From Octopus bimaculoides (taxonomy: Eukaryota): a DNA stretch of 52,002 nt. A program made the position numbers and the translations under genes. The notes under the pieces were generated by a model that did not search any database, was not told where the DNA came from, and saw only the letters and a list, made by a program, of their open reading frames with translations. The stretch lies in assembly GCF_001194135.2 (NCBI RefSeq), contig NC_069003.1, positions 3,102,914 to 3,154,915 on the forward strand, read 5' to 3'. Positions 25,241 to 38,456 of this stretch are shown one piece after another. Within the stretch, counting starts at the first letter, position 1; each line of letters begins with the position of its first letter.

Positions 25241-25509
25241 GCCAGTTCCCCTGGACTGGCTTGTGCGGGTGGCACATAAAAGACACCATTTCGAGCGTGG
25301 CCGTTTTCGTGCGGGTGACACGTAAAAGCACCCACTACACTCTCTGAGTGGTTGGCGTTAGGAAGGGCATCCAGCTGTAGAAACTCTGCCAAATCAGACT
25401 GGAGCCTGGTGTTGCCATCCGGTTTCACCAGTCCTCAGTCAAATCGTCCAACCCATGCTAGCATGGAAAGCGGACGTTAAACGATGATGATGATGATGAT
25501 GATGATGAT
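25241..25509 (+). mobile_element. SINE family D, 3' two-thirds, with (GAT)n tail
   Basis: cacgtaaaagcacccactacactctctgagtggttggcgttaggaagggcatccagctgtagaaac...aacccatgctagcatggaaagcggacgttaaacgatgatgatgat, a body and tail I recognise from abundant octopus SINEs. Confidence 0.85.
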
Positions 25510-25883
25510 ACGACATCAAAAGAGCTACCTACTTTTAAATTGTGTTTCCTATTTCAATGAATGAAAACGCCAGGTTCCTCCTGGAAATTGTCGCTGATGG
25601 TAATATCGACATATTCTTTCAAGTTGAAAGTTTTTCTTGATGTTCTTCAACGATGAGTAAGAAAACTGTTAGGAAGACGCTCAATATTCAGAAAGATGTT
25701 TGATGTTGCTGTGGCATTGAAAGAACATTGAAACAAAAATGGGGAAAATTACCTTTACCTGGATCTTATGACCAAGTTTTAAAAAGTTTCAAGATGTAAA
25801 GTTATTAAAAACCTACCAGGATTATGTTTGTCTCCTGGATGGGCGTCATTATGATATTCGATATCTCACACTCTTAGACATAT

Positions 25884-25985
<102 letters not shown>

Positions 25986-27080
25986 ACACACACATATATA
26001 TATACATATATATGTGTGTGTATACAAAAAGTGAGAAAGAGAGAGAGATGATGTATGCGTGTTTGTGTGCATCTTTGTTTTAACGCATAACAAACAATGA
26101 AACTTGCGTTACTTCTGGTTTCATTTAAGAAAATAATATCTTGCACTGGATTGACCGTTTTAAAGAACATATTTATTACCCAACATGGCTACTATTTGAA
26201 ATATCATAGGAGATGAGAATATATGAGGTAAAAAATTGAACATCCTCTAGGGAGACTTTACACTAGATGTCCTCTTTGATACAAAGTCATTGCTATGTGT
26301 ATTTTTTTTCAAATTAGCATAACATTTCCATTACAATGTGATCTCATAAATATATATGATTGCAAACATTCTCTGTCAAATATTCCTGGATATATATGCA
26401 AATGTCTTAGAATTCTTAGAGTCTGACACGTTCTGTGACACGATATGCAACCAGTCGCTGAGAATTGCTCGAAATGTTTTGAGTCCAACTCATGCCTACA
26501 TAGAAGATTGAACGTGAAAATACTGAACATATGATAATTTTGATTATGCGTGGCTTACATGCATTTCCAATTTCTTGGTCTTGTGGAAAAATTCTGTATT
26601 TCACTTTGTCTTCTATTTTTGATATGCTAAACACACACACACACATACGAACACGATGCGATGTGCAAACCAAGATCACACGTCAGGGGACGTACATTTA
26701 CGTCAACCGTTTTAAAGAGGTACAAATAATACTTAAAGGAAATTAAAAGTGACACAATATATGGTAAGATTATACCATTCGAATTTCCTTTATAATGTAG
26801 TTATTTCCGTTTCATCTATTCTCAGTTGCGAGGCATGGGTACACCTGAGGCGAAAATTGCATTTGCCGAGAACACTGGGAGCGAATTCGAACGCACATGG
26901 TTGAAAAACGGTTTTCTTAAACAGAAAGATTTGTCTATTTCCGTATACATACACACATACACGCCCATACTTTTACCAACGCACACACACACTCATGGGT
27001 GTGTACGTGTGTGTTTAAGCACATAGCTATCTTTGTATCTATTTATATGCGTGTGTATATAATCTACACACACCTATATA

Positions 27081-27127
<47 letters not shown>

Positions 27128-27645
27128 GCAAACACACACATATGTGTATGTATATATATGTTATATACGCACAGTTTCTTCACCTCAAGTTGTTTGTGCG
27201 TTCATCTGACCATTCGTTTCGCTTCTTATTTTTCTTTCTCTTTTCTTTCTCCTCTCTTATTCCTTCGACTGGAAGATTGCAAATACAATACATGAATCGA
27301 TCTATGATTTTTCTATGTTTAAGCACTTTTTGATGTTTTAACTACAAAGGAGGTCTGCTCAACAACAGCCAACCAAGTTGGTTGTAGTCTTAAGGTTTGG
27401 AACGGACAGCTACATACATCACACACATCGTTGGTAAACAACCGAATCTACAATAGAAATTTTAAAGAAATTTTGACGATCTCACCGGAAACACGTATTA
27501 AACGCAGCTGAAATGACGTGTAAACAGCCATGTTGTTTGCTTGATGTGGTGAAGAAAATGTTAAAAGTAGAAAGTTGAAATCTAGAAATTTGACCAAAGA
27601 AATGACTGAAGGAAAAATCACACAAAGCTACACACACAAACACAC

Positions 27646-27691
<46 letters not shown>

Positions 27692-28352
27692 TCATCGTGT
27701 TATATATATATACACGTAAATACATACAGGTATATATAAGCATATACACAAATATATACACATATACACATATAGATATGCGCGTACTTTTGTTCTACAA
27801 TGCTTCAAGCAAACTACAACGTCCTTACATGATATACATACATATATATGTACNNNNNNNNNNNNNNNNNNNNNNNNNNNNNNNNNNNNNNNNNNNNNNN
27901 NNNNNNNNNNNNNNNNNNNNNNNNNNNNNNNNNNNNNNNNNNNNNNNNNNNNNNNNNNNNNNNNNNNNNNNNNNNNNNNNNNNNNNNNNNNNNNNNNNNN
28001 NNNNNNNNNNNNNNNNNNNNNNNNNNNNNNNNNNNNNNNNNNNNNNNNNNNNNNNNNNNNNNNNNNNNNNNNNNNNNNNNNNNNNNNNNNNNNNNNNNNN
28101 NNNNNNNNNNNNNNNNNNNNNNNNNNNNNNNNNNNNNNNNNNNNNNNNNNNNNNNNNNNNNNNNNNNNNNNNNNNNNNNNNNNNNNNNNNNNNNNNNNNN
28201 NNNNNNNNNNNNNNNNNNNNNNNNNNNNNNNNNNNNNNNNNNNNNNNNNNNNNNNNNNNNNNNNNNNNNNNNNNNNNNNNNNNNNNNNNNNNNNNNNNNN
28301 NNNNNNNNNNNNNNNNNNNNNNNNNNNNNNNNNNNNNNNNNNNNNNNNNNNN

Positions 28353-28409
<57 letters not shown>

Positions 28410-28734
28410 TGGGGGGGGGACAGACACGCATTCAAAAATACATATAAACTTAACATAGAGCCACACGTGTACGCAGCCTTATAGAAGCTTTGGCAAGCAT
28501 TGAATGAAAATGCATCACCGAGAAAGATCCAATGTTCCTGATGAAGGCATTACTGTTTTTTTTTTCTTTGCTTCAGTTGTACGCCTGGTGGGCAGCTTTT
28601 CTTCTTCTTCGCTGGAGTTTGTTTTTAATGTTTCTGATGCCAAAATACTGTTGGCTCTCTATTCTTTACATTTGTACACTTTTACATTTTTTCAGGCATT
28701 TTGTACACTTTTACATTTTTTCAGGCATTTTGTC

Positions 28735-28915
28735 TGTGGCCATGCTGGAGCACCGCTTTTTATTCGAAGAAATCGACCACTGGACTTATCTTTTGTAGGC
28801 CTGGTACATATTCTATCGGTCTCTTTTTTTTACCGAACCGCTGAGTTACGGGGATGTAAACACACGAAGATCGGTTATCAAGCGATGGTGGAGGGACAAA
28901 CACAGGCACAAACAC
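28735..28915 (-). mobile_element. SINE family B, 3' half
   Basis: ggccatgctggagcaccgc...tattctatcggtctc...ccgaaccgctgagttacggggatgtaaacac is the reverse complement of 33990-34160. Confidence 0.88.
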
Positions 28916-28931
28916 GGCATCAAGTCCACGA

Positions 28932-29090
28932 ACTGACCCCAGTGTTCAACTGGTACACATGTCAAGAACCCCGAAATAATGAAAGGCAAAGTGGACCTCG
29001 ACGAGGATTTGAACTCTGTACCTAAACACGGACGAATTGACTGCAATGCATTTCGTCCGGCGTTTTAACGATTCGACCAGCTCGCGCCTT
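28932..29090 (-). mobile_element. SINE family A
   Basis: gaccccagtgttcaactggtac...gaaaggcaaagtggacctcgacgaggatttgaactc...aacgattcgaccagctcgcgcc. A further partial copy lies at about 29140-29230. Confidence 0.85.
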
Positions 29091-29737
29091 ATTGATTCCA
29101 CAAAATAAACCGTTTCTAACCAGCACAAAGACTACTTTGTCCATTACATCAAGCCTCAATATACAACTGGTATTTTGTTCCTCGACTCCAAGAGTGGGAG
29201 GAAGGCCAAGTCAACCTCGGTGAAATTTGAATAGGGATTATCGTTGCTGCTTTTCTTGTGTTTGGTTTCCTATTGTTGATTTTGTGTTTAATGATGTTGT
29301 TGCATACGATGGTGATGATGATGAAGAGAATGCACTTTACACTTCTGATGTTTTAGTTCTTCTTTCTGCTACTGATGTTCGTCTTGTTGTTGTTGCTATT
29401 TTTTCTCGCTGTTGTTTTTCCACAAACGCTTGTTATTTCGTTGGACTTTCGCCATTGTTCCCCTCAATCTATTTGTTTATTGTTTTTGTCATACTCCTTT
29501 GTAGATGTTCTTGTCGTTTTCTTATAATATTGTTACATTTTCTTTGTTCTTCTTGCGGTTATCATTGTACTTTCCATTTCTTTGTTTATTTTCCATCTTT
29601 ATATCTTTGATCAAACCGCCATTCCTAACGCCGCCGTTTTTCTTTCCTTTCTACGTTGTTTGGTTTCTGCGTTCTCTTGGTTTTGGAATTGTTCTTCTTC
29701 ATCTTCCCTATCTTCCTTCCCTTATTTAATCTTCCCA

Positions 29738-30008
29738 CTCTTCTTCTTCTTCTTCTTCTTCTTCTTCTTCTTCTTCTTCTTCTTCTTCTTCTTCTTCTTC
29801 TTCTTCTCCCCACCTCCTCCTCCTCCTCCTCCTCCTCCTCATTCTTCTTCTTCTTCTTCTTCTTCTTCTTCTTCTTCTTCTTCTTCTTTTTCTTCGTTTC
29901 TTCTCCTTCTTGTCCTGTTCTCATACACATGTGGGTGTAGCCGTTATTATTTATGTCCTGGCACACATTATAATAATAATAATTATTATTAATATTATTA
30001 TCATTATT

Positions 30009-30056
<48 letters not shown>

Positions 30057-30220
30057 TTCATCATCACCATCACCATCATCATCATCATCATCAACATCAT
30101 CATCTTCATCATCATCATCATCATCATCATCCTCATCATCATCATCATCATCATGATCTTCATCATCATCATCATCATCATCATCCTCACCATCATCATC
30201 ATCATCATCATCATCATCAT
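29738..30220. repeat. Large compound trinucleotide array (CTT)n(CCT)n(CTT)n ... (ATT)n(CAT)n
   Basis: Seen directly, including about 220 bp of near-perfect (CAT)n. It is the source of the poly-D, poly-M, poly-I and poly-F ORFs. Confidence 0.97.
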
Positions 30221-30687
30221 TCCAGTTGTGGTTTTTTTTTCTTTCCTCATACTCATATCGCACTTATTACTCACGATCGTTGTTGCTGTTATTGTTGCTG
30301 CTGTCGTGGCGGTTGCATAAATTGATTTCCATATTTCTATTGCCAGAATCCTTTGTAGTTCTCTAAAAGAATAGACGTCTGTCTTTCTCCTAACAATGAT
30401 TACGTCACTGGAACTTATGTACATGGTTTCATTATTTCTTTTTTTACTTATTTTGTTGTTTATTTCTTGTTTTCTCTGATGTTGTCCTCTCTATTTTATT
30501 CTGTATTTATTTTCTTCTTTTTATGTAAGATTCAGCCATCTTGGAATTTTCAATGATTAGTAATTTGATATTGTTGTGTTTGTTGTTGTTTTTACAATTT
30601 ATCATTTTTATTTGTCAACTTGAGCTTTTGTTCTTATGCAAGAAATGATATAGCAATGGGAATATATATATATACACACACATTTAT

Positions 30688-30786
<99 letters not shown>

Positions 30787-32281
30787 CCCACACACACACA
30801 CACACATGTATATATTCGCACATGCTCACATATATAAAGCAAGATATAAGATATACATACTTATATCCATTGATATATACATTTCATCTCCGACCGCAAC
30901 TTGCCACACAACAATATAACTAAAAACCAACAACAAAAGAACAACAACAATCAAGAACACTTATATACATTCAATTTTTTTCATTGGAGCTCGGCAGAAA
31001 GCAATTGAAAAAGAATAAAAAGATCGACAAAGAATAAAGTTATATTTGTCTATATATTTACTTTATATTTTATTCGGCTAAACTTTAGAATTATCTTCAA
31101 TGCTATCGAATTCCAATACCTAACTAAAACATTGTCTCTCTCTCACCTCTCATTCTCTCCATATCTACAAGTATCTCCAACTGTCTTTCTCCTTCTACGA
31201 CTCTTACACATCTTCTCTACTTCACTTCCCCCCTCTTGCCTCGATTTTCTCTTTTTATTTTTTTTATTAAATTATACAAATCTCTTCAAGAAACTTTATT
31301 TCTCTCGCGTCGTATTATCTGTTCTTTGATAAAGTTTAGAAATCTATTTCTAAGCCTTTTTATATTTCGTATTCAATCATATGCTGATTTCTGAAAGAAA
31401 AAAAAAATCAGATCTAGAATTCTTTTCTCCCATTTGGATCATTCTTTCATCACGCTTATATATAAACAATTCGGACGGTTGCATGGTTGTGTGGATATAA
31501 ACACCATTTCGCAACTACATCGATTTGGATTCGAATCTGTTCGGCAAAAACTTTTTTACACTAGTTGTAGCAGTTTAAGGGAACAAATGTTTTGTCATAC
31601 AGGAGCGGGTCGATCGCAGATTTAGCGCCTTAAATATATATATAGGGATGAAGAAGAAGTAGTAGTTGTCCTGTTACGATCACATCTCTTAATAGACCAT
31701 TTATTGAAATACGTACCTTTTCAATTTTGTCACCTTCAAGATTGGCAACTGCCTTTTTGTCATCCCTATTCTAATTCAAGATCTAAATTCTACTTACTGT
31801 TGTTTGTAAAGAGCATCTGGCATTATTTCCTAAAATTACAGAGTGACATTTCAGGCATATTTCGTCTCTTTCTGGCAGTTCGAAGGATCTTTATTTAACT
31901 GTGAACACCTTTCTTATGCTATATTTTGTATTAAATCTTACGCAATATTCGTTCAGCATCCTACAAACATCGAAAATCTCTCGTTTACCCACTCTACATA
32001 CTTCCATGGAGGGCGTGTTTGTGGCCTAGGTGACTGCTTCAACAGCGGTGGATGTCTGCTAGAATATGTTAAGCAAAAAGCCACGAAACAAAAGATTGTA
32101 ATAATCGCATTCAGGACATATTGTATAGAAACATATTGCACACAGAGGAAACTAATAACGTTAAATAAATAATGTATATGGCCCAATCTAATCACTATTC
32201 GGCTCATAACTTATGGACACAACACAATTCAATGTTCACGCACCTGTCTGCGTTTCGCCTTGCGACCAATTATAATTAAGC

Positions 32282-32294
32282 AATAATAATGATG

Positions 32295-32360
<66 letters not shown>
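32282..32360. repeat. (AAT)n microsatellite (a longer one lies at 41247-41409)
   Basis: Seen directly. Confidence 0.97.
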
Positions 32361-32361
<1 letters not shown>

Positions 32362-33274
32362 TGATAGTTAAAACAGCGATAACAAAGGTATTGATAATAA
32401 TATTTCCGAGATATGACAACCAGCAAGATGTTTGAATAGGAATTAAGACATAAAGAATTGTCTGGAGGGAACGTTTGCTTTTATATATTCCTTTCTTTTA
32501 CTATTCTTTTGGGGTGGACGGTTGGGGTTGGATGGGTGGTTCATAATTAGTTTTCTCTATGTGCATACAGATAGACACACGCAAACACACACGCACCCAC
32601 ACACATATACACACACAGATATGTATATATGTATATATTTATATATATATATATNNNNNNNNNNNNNNNNNNNNNNNNNNNNNNNNNNNNNNNNNNNNNN
32701 NNNNNNNNNNNNNNNNNNNNNNNNNNNNNNNNNNNNNNNNNNNNNNNNNNNNNNNNNNNNNNNNNNNNNNNNNNNNNNNNNNNNNNNNNNNNNNNNNNNN
32801 NNNNNNNNNNNNNNNNNNNNNNNNNNNNNNNNNNNNNNNNNNNNNNNNNNNNNNNNNNNNNNNNNNNNNNNNNNNNNNNNNNNNNNNNNNNNNNNNNNNN
32901 NNNNNNNNNNNNNNNNNNNNNNNNNNNNNNNNNNNNNNNNNNNNNNNNNNNNNNNNNNNNNNNNNNNNNNNNNNNNNNNNNNNNNNNNNNNNNNNNNNNN
33001 NNNNNNNNNNNNNNNNNNNNNNNNNNNNNNNNNNNNNNNNNNNNNNNNNNNNNNNNNNNNNNNNNNNNNNNNNNNNNNNNNNNNNNNNNNNNNNNNNNNN
33101 NNNNNNNNNNNNNNNNNNNNNNNNNNNNNNNNNNNNNNNNNNNNNNNNNNNNNNNNNNNNNNNNNNNNNNNNNNNNNNNNNNNNNNNNNNNNNNNNNNNN
33201 NNNNNNNNNNNNNNNNNNNNNNNNNNNNNNNNNNNNNNNNNNNNNNNNNNNNNNNNNNNNNNNNNNNNNNNNNN

Positions 33275-33332
<58 letters not shown>

Positions 33333-33660
33333 CGTGTGTTTGTACATATGCAAATGAATGTTGTGTGAGGTCGTTCGTAAGCAGGTATATATCAGCAGCT
33401 GAAAATGTAATTATGATATATTTATTCGGAGTGGGGAGCAGAGATTGTAGATGATTCAATCGATCGGAGTGTTTGTTTTGCACTTAATTTATCGGTCCTC
33501 GGGTTAGAGTAAATAGGAAAACCGTCCCCTGTTGAGGAATGAACTCACTATATAGACGAATTATCCGAGATAGCTCATTAATTATTTCTGCGATAAGCAC
33601 ACTTCCAGGAAACATCAGTGAGGATATAGCCAATTCTATAATATTAATATTCCGAGATAT

Positions 33661-33748
33661 AAGCGGCGCACTGACACAATCGTTAGCGCGTTGGAAAAAA
33701 TTCTTAGCGGCATTTCTTCCGACTTTACGTTCTGAGATCAAGTTCCAC
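33661..33748 (+). mobile_element. SINE family A, 5' fragment
   Basis: gcggcgcactgacacaatcgttagcgcg...cttagcggcatttcttccgactttacgttctgagatcaagttcc matches 16974-17060. Confidence 0.8.
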
Positions 33749-33800
33749 GAGAGATATTAATATTTTTTGCGATAAGCAGAATTCCAGGAAATATCCTTCC

Positions 33801-34196
33801 AGGAGTGGCTGTGTGGTAAGTAACTGGCTTAAAACCACACGGTTTCGGGTTCAATCCAACTGCATGGCATCTTGGACAAGTATCTTCTACTATAGTCTCG
33901 GGCCGACCAAAGCCTTGTGAGTGGATTTGGTAGACGGAAACTGAAAGAAGCCTGTCGTATATATACATATGTGTGTGTGTATGTTTGTGTGTCTGTGTTT
34001 GTCCCCCTAGCATTGCTTGACAACCGATGCTGGTTTGTTTCTGTACCCGTCACCTATCGGTTCGGCAAAAGAGTCCGATAGAATAAGTACTAGGCTTACA
34101 AAGAATGAGTCCCGGGGTCTATTTGCCCGACTAAAGGCGGTGCTCCATCATGGCCGCAGTCAAATGACTGAAACAAGTAAAAGAGTAACAGAGAGT
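33801..34196 (+). mobile_element. SINE family B, full length (tRNA head, CORE-like central domain, internal TA/TG tract)
   Basis: Head aggagtggctgtgtggtaag with B-box ggttcaatcc, then ggcatcttggacaagtatcttc (resembles the CORE motif gaccttgggcaagtcactt), and 3' end aaggcggtgctccatcatggccgcagtcaaatgactgaaacaagtaaaagagt. Confidence 0.93.
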
Positions 34197-34227
34197 GTAT
34201 AGCCGTTTCCATTATATCAATATTTTC

Positions 34228-34408
34228 AAGGTATAAGAGTCGAGGTGGTAGAATCGTAAGCGCGTATGACAAAATTCTAAGAGTATTCCGTCCCTGTTTA
34301 CGTTCAGAGTTCAAATTCCACCGACGTCTACTTTGCCTTTTATCTTTACGAGGTCGATACAATAAAAACCACTTGACCACCCGGATCGATATAATCGACT
34401 TAACTCCA
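34228..34408 (+). mobile_element. SINE family A (diverged)
   Basis: ggtagaatcgtaagcgcg...gagttcaaattccaccgacgtctactttgcc...gatcgatataatcgactt. Confidence 0.85.
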
Positions 34409-34420
34409 CACCCGCGGAGA

Positions 34421-34545
34421 GGGGACTAATTGATTACATCGACCCCAGTGTTTCACTGGTACTTACTTTATCGACCCTGAAAGGATGAAAGGCAAAGTCG
34501 ACGTCAGCAGAATCTGAACAATACCGCTAAGCCTTTCGTGTAGCC
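34421..34545 (-). mobile_element. SINE family A, tail-to-tail with the previous copy
   Basis: gattacatcgaccccagtgtttcactggtacttactttatcgaccctgaaaggatgaaaggcaaagtcgacgtc...ataccgctaag. Confidence 0.88.
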
Positions 34546-34924
34546 GTCTGTTACAGGCAGATATCTAGCTAGCTAGATAGATAGATAGATTTACACGTTT
34601 ATACATGTGCATGCCGATGTATTTGTACGAATTTAATATGATGAAAGGTTTCAAAATAGTGTAAAAAAAAAAAACATGAGTGACAAGAAATTTCCAGAAT
34701 GATTTGTCGCCCTATAAAAGAAACTAATGTGTTATAGTCTAAACACGTGGCAATCTATTTCGAAATAAATATAGTTTTCTCGTTATTATATTTGATATCG
34801 AATATCGATATAATTAACTTTGGCATATCTCCATTCACTCCTTGCACCTCCTTTCTTTTCTCTATCACCCTTTCTTTCTTTCTATTTTTCTGTAAGTGTA
34901 TGTATGCATGAATGTATGTATATA

Positions 34925-34979
<55 letters not shown>

Positions 34980-35080
34980 AAATATAAATATATATACACA
35001 TACATATATAGATATATATGTATGTACATATGCATTTCTCTCTGTCTCTATATATATATATGTGTGTCAATATATATGTG

Positions 35081-35113
<33 letters not shown>

Positions 35114-35227
35114 NNNNNNNNNNNNNATGTATGTATTTATATATATATATATATATAGATAGATAGATAGATAGATATAAATGTATGTATAGATGTGTTT
35201 CTCTCTCTGTCTCTCTCTCTCTCTCTC

Positions 35228-35319
<92 letters not shown>

Positions 35320-35829
35320 CGCAGAGAGACGGGGTGTGAAGAAGAGAGGGAAAGAGACAGAGCTATGTAGGTAGGTAGATGGATAGATAAGGAGGCATAT
35401 GTTGATATAAATGAACACGCAAGTTAATTATGTACTCTAACGACAAAATGGTAAACACTAATATTCCCTAGAGTCACAGCCTTATCTAGTAATTTATATT
35501 TAGACATCCTGCTGGTCGATGCATCTGAAAATTAATATCTTTGTAATTACCAAAAAGACGGTGGAGTTATACATGTAGTAACATGAGTGCTACTAGTTTG
35601 CTCCCCGCTTGTTTCAGGCTAAAAAGATGGCTGGGAGTTATCGAGTTCGGCTTTATAGTTTTATGCGTATTATCTCAATAATATATTTGTTAGAGAGATG
35701 TACCGGCTGACTTCATCGTCTAAAGCAGTTTTACCCAAGCGAGTGCAGTATTGTTTCTGGGGGATTCCATTTGGTTTTTGGCGGTCTGCTAAAGATTTTG
35801 TTAACCTTTATCTGCAACGAATTGGTTTT

Positions 35830-36142
35830 ACTGGCACTCCATCGTTGACGAGGTTTGCAGCTGAACTGATCAACGGAAATAGCCTGGTCGTGGTATTAAC
35901 GTGCAATTGGAAGAGCCCTCGGTGGACACGTATACCTTCAATGCAGTTCTCAGGGAGATTAAGCGTGATAAGACGATGAAAAGGCTGGTCATTTTAATTA
36001 TAGATAGAAATCATTTGTGCCAAATGAGTGGATTGGAAGAACGGGAAATAAAGCACCTTGCAGAAGGACAAACGCGCCTAAGGGAATCGAACTCATGACC
36101 TTACGAACCTCAGCTGCATATCCTAACCACTAAGCCACGTGC
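35830..36142 (-). mobile_element. SINE family C
   Basis: The head on the minus strand is the reverse complement of ggaatcgaactcatgacc...cctaaccactaagccacgtgc. Body motif aactgatcaacggaaatagcctggtcgtggtattaacgtgcaa. Confidence 0.65.
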
Positions 36143-36179
36143 TTTCTCTAGTAAATGGATTGAGAATATTTTGTACAGG

Positions 36180-36400
36180 TGTGCCTGTGTTGTAGGTAGC
36201 TTGCTTCCCAACCACATGGTACCGGGTTCAGTCTCACTGCATGACACCTTACGCAAGTGTCTTTTACTATAGCCTCGGACCAACCAAAATCTTGAGAGTG
36301 GATTTGGTTAACGGAAGCTGAAAGAAGCCCGTCGTATGTATATATACATACATATATATGTGTGTGTGGGGGTGGGGTGTATTTGTGTGTCTGTGTTTCA
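36180..36400 (+). mobile_element. SINE family B, 5' half
   Basis: ccaaccacatggtaccgggttcagtctcactgcatgacaccttacgcaagtgtcttttactatagcctcgg...gaaagaagcccgtcg matches 33801-33990. Confidence 0.9.
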
Positions 36401-36557
36401 GTCTAGGACAGTTACCCCTGCGGATAACACATACACACGTATATGTACTGACAGACATACGCACATACACACATATGGGTACTGACACACACACACATAC
36501 ATGTAGTGACATACCCATGCGCACATACACACATACACGCATACACGCATATATGTA

Positions 36558-36595
<38 letters not shown>

Positions 36596-37140
36596 CTGTC
36601 GTCCTTAAAATTATTCACAGATATTAACGGTGTATGAAGTAAGATGTGTTTTAAATACGTATGTCATATCCGTATCGGTCCTAAATCTGACGACATCATT
36701 CATAGTAGGAGATATTTCTGATCGGAAACTGAACAAGGCGCAATTGAAAATTTTGCATTTACAGTCACCATAATGACATAATAACACGTGCTTGTTTCTA
36801 CACGTGCTTGTCTCTACTCGTGCACTGAGAAATTTGCTATCAAATATAAAATGTTATCAAACAAACGAATTATCACCAAATACAAACGCTGAGTACTCAT
36901 TTACAATTCATTTGTGATCTAGATATTCGTCTGGTCGTATTATTTTCCTAATTTTCTATTATAAGGTTACTGTCTCGATTTCATTTGTGAAAGATTTTGA
37001 TGGACTATCTCTCAATCAATCTATCTGTCCATCTATCAATCTGCCTGTCTGCCTGTCGATCCATTTTTGTCTTTGCCTGTCAGTTTTTCAATTTCTCTAT
37101 CGAACATTTTGTTTCTTCGTTTGTAGCTCTTTCCTTTTTT

Positions 37141-37180
<40 letters not shown>

Positions 37181-37523
37181 TTTCTCACTTTCTCTCTCTC
37201 TCTCTTACACTCTCTCACTCTCTATCTATCTCTCTGTGTATCTATCCATCTACCTACCTAACTAACTACCTACCTACCTACCAACCTAAACAAAACTACC
37301 TACCTACATACATACATACCTAAATACCAGTCTATCAATTAATCAATCAGTCCATCCACCCATCCTTCCACCCACCCATCCCGCCATCCATCCATCTATC
37401 TATCCATGCATCTACCTATCTACTTATCTACCCGCCTATAAGTTTGCTTGTTTGGCTGTCTGTCTCTCTGTGTCTTTGTGTATCTCCGTATTCTGTCTGT
37501 ATAGGTATCTATCTATCTATCTA

Positions 37524-37562
<39 letters not shown>

Positions 37563-38083
37563 NNNNNNNNNNNNNNNNNNNNNNNNNNNNNNNNNNNNNN
37601 NNNNNNNNNNNNNNNNNNNNNNNNNNNNNNNNNNNNNNNNNNNNNNNNNNNNNNATATATGTACATCTATCTATTTGTCAGTCTATCAATCTATTTATGT
37701 ATCTACTTGTCTATCTATCTATTTACCTCCCTAACCATTTAATGATTGAGCCATTATTCAAAAATGAGTGTCGTGGCACTGAATTAAAAAGTACTATCCT
37801 GGTCATATTACCCTCTAAAATAATTTCTGTACAATAGGAGTAATTTTCAAATTTGGTAAGTAAATCCTGGAATAACAATCATTTCACTAGATTTTTCACT
37901 TGTGGAACACGACTGCCACTACTACTGCTACTACTACTATAATATAAACCTGATGATTGGACTACTTTTATCACAATGAATATATAATATTCCATTATTA
38001 TAATATCGTATGAGTGGAAATAATAACACATGAAATCAATTTCATTGATTTATAAATTATTATCCACACAATCGTTCAAACTT

Positions 38084-38206
<123 letters not shown>

Positions 38207-38382
38207 TGTGTGTATGTGTGTATATGTATTGCTCAGGGAAAGATTTGCTTCTGTATTTCCGATTCACTTAGGCTACAGAATCAGAAATACACTACAGGGA
38301 AATACTGGGCAGATATAGAGTTTTTAGAAGTATTACCATGCGAGAGAATTTTTTTCCTACGGGACCTGCATTGAATTTCCCT

Positions 38383-38456
<74 letters not shown>

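Noticed and set aside
28504-29025. 173-aa plus-strand ORF
   Set aside because: It runs through a 29-bp tandem duplication and two antisense SINE copies.
29625-30263. 212-aa Asp/Lys/Arg-rich ORF suggestive of a biomineralisation protein
   Set aside because: It is almost entirely perfect (GAT)n, (AAG)n and (GAG)n microsatellite, with equally long ORFs in other frames.
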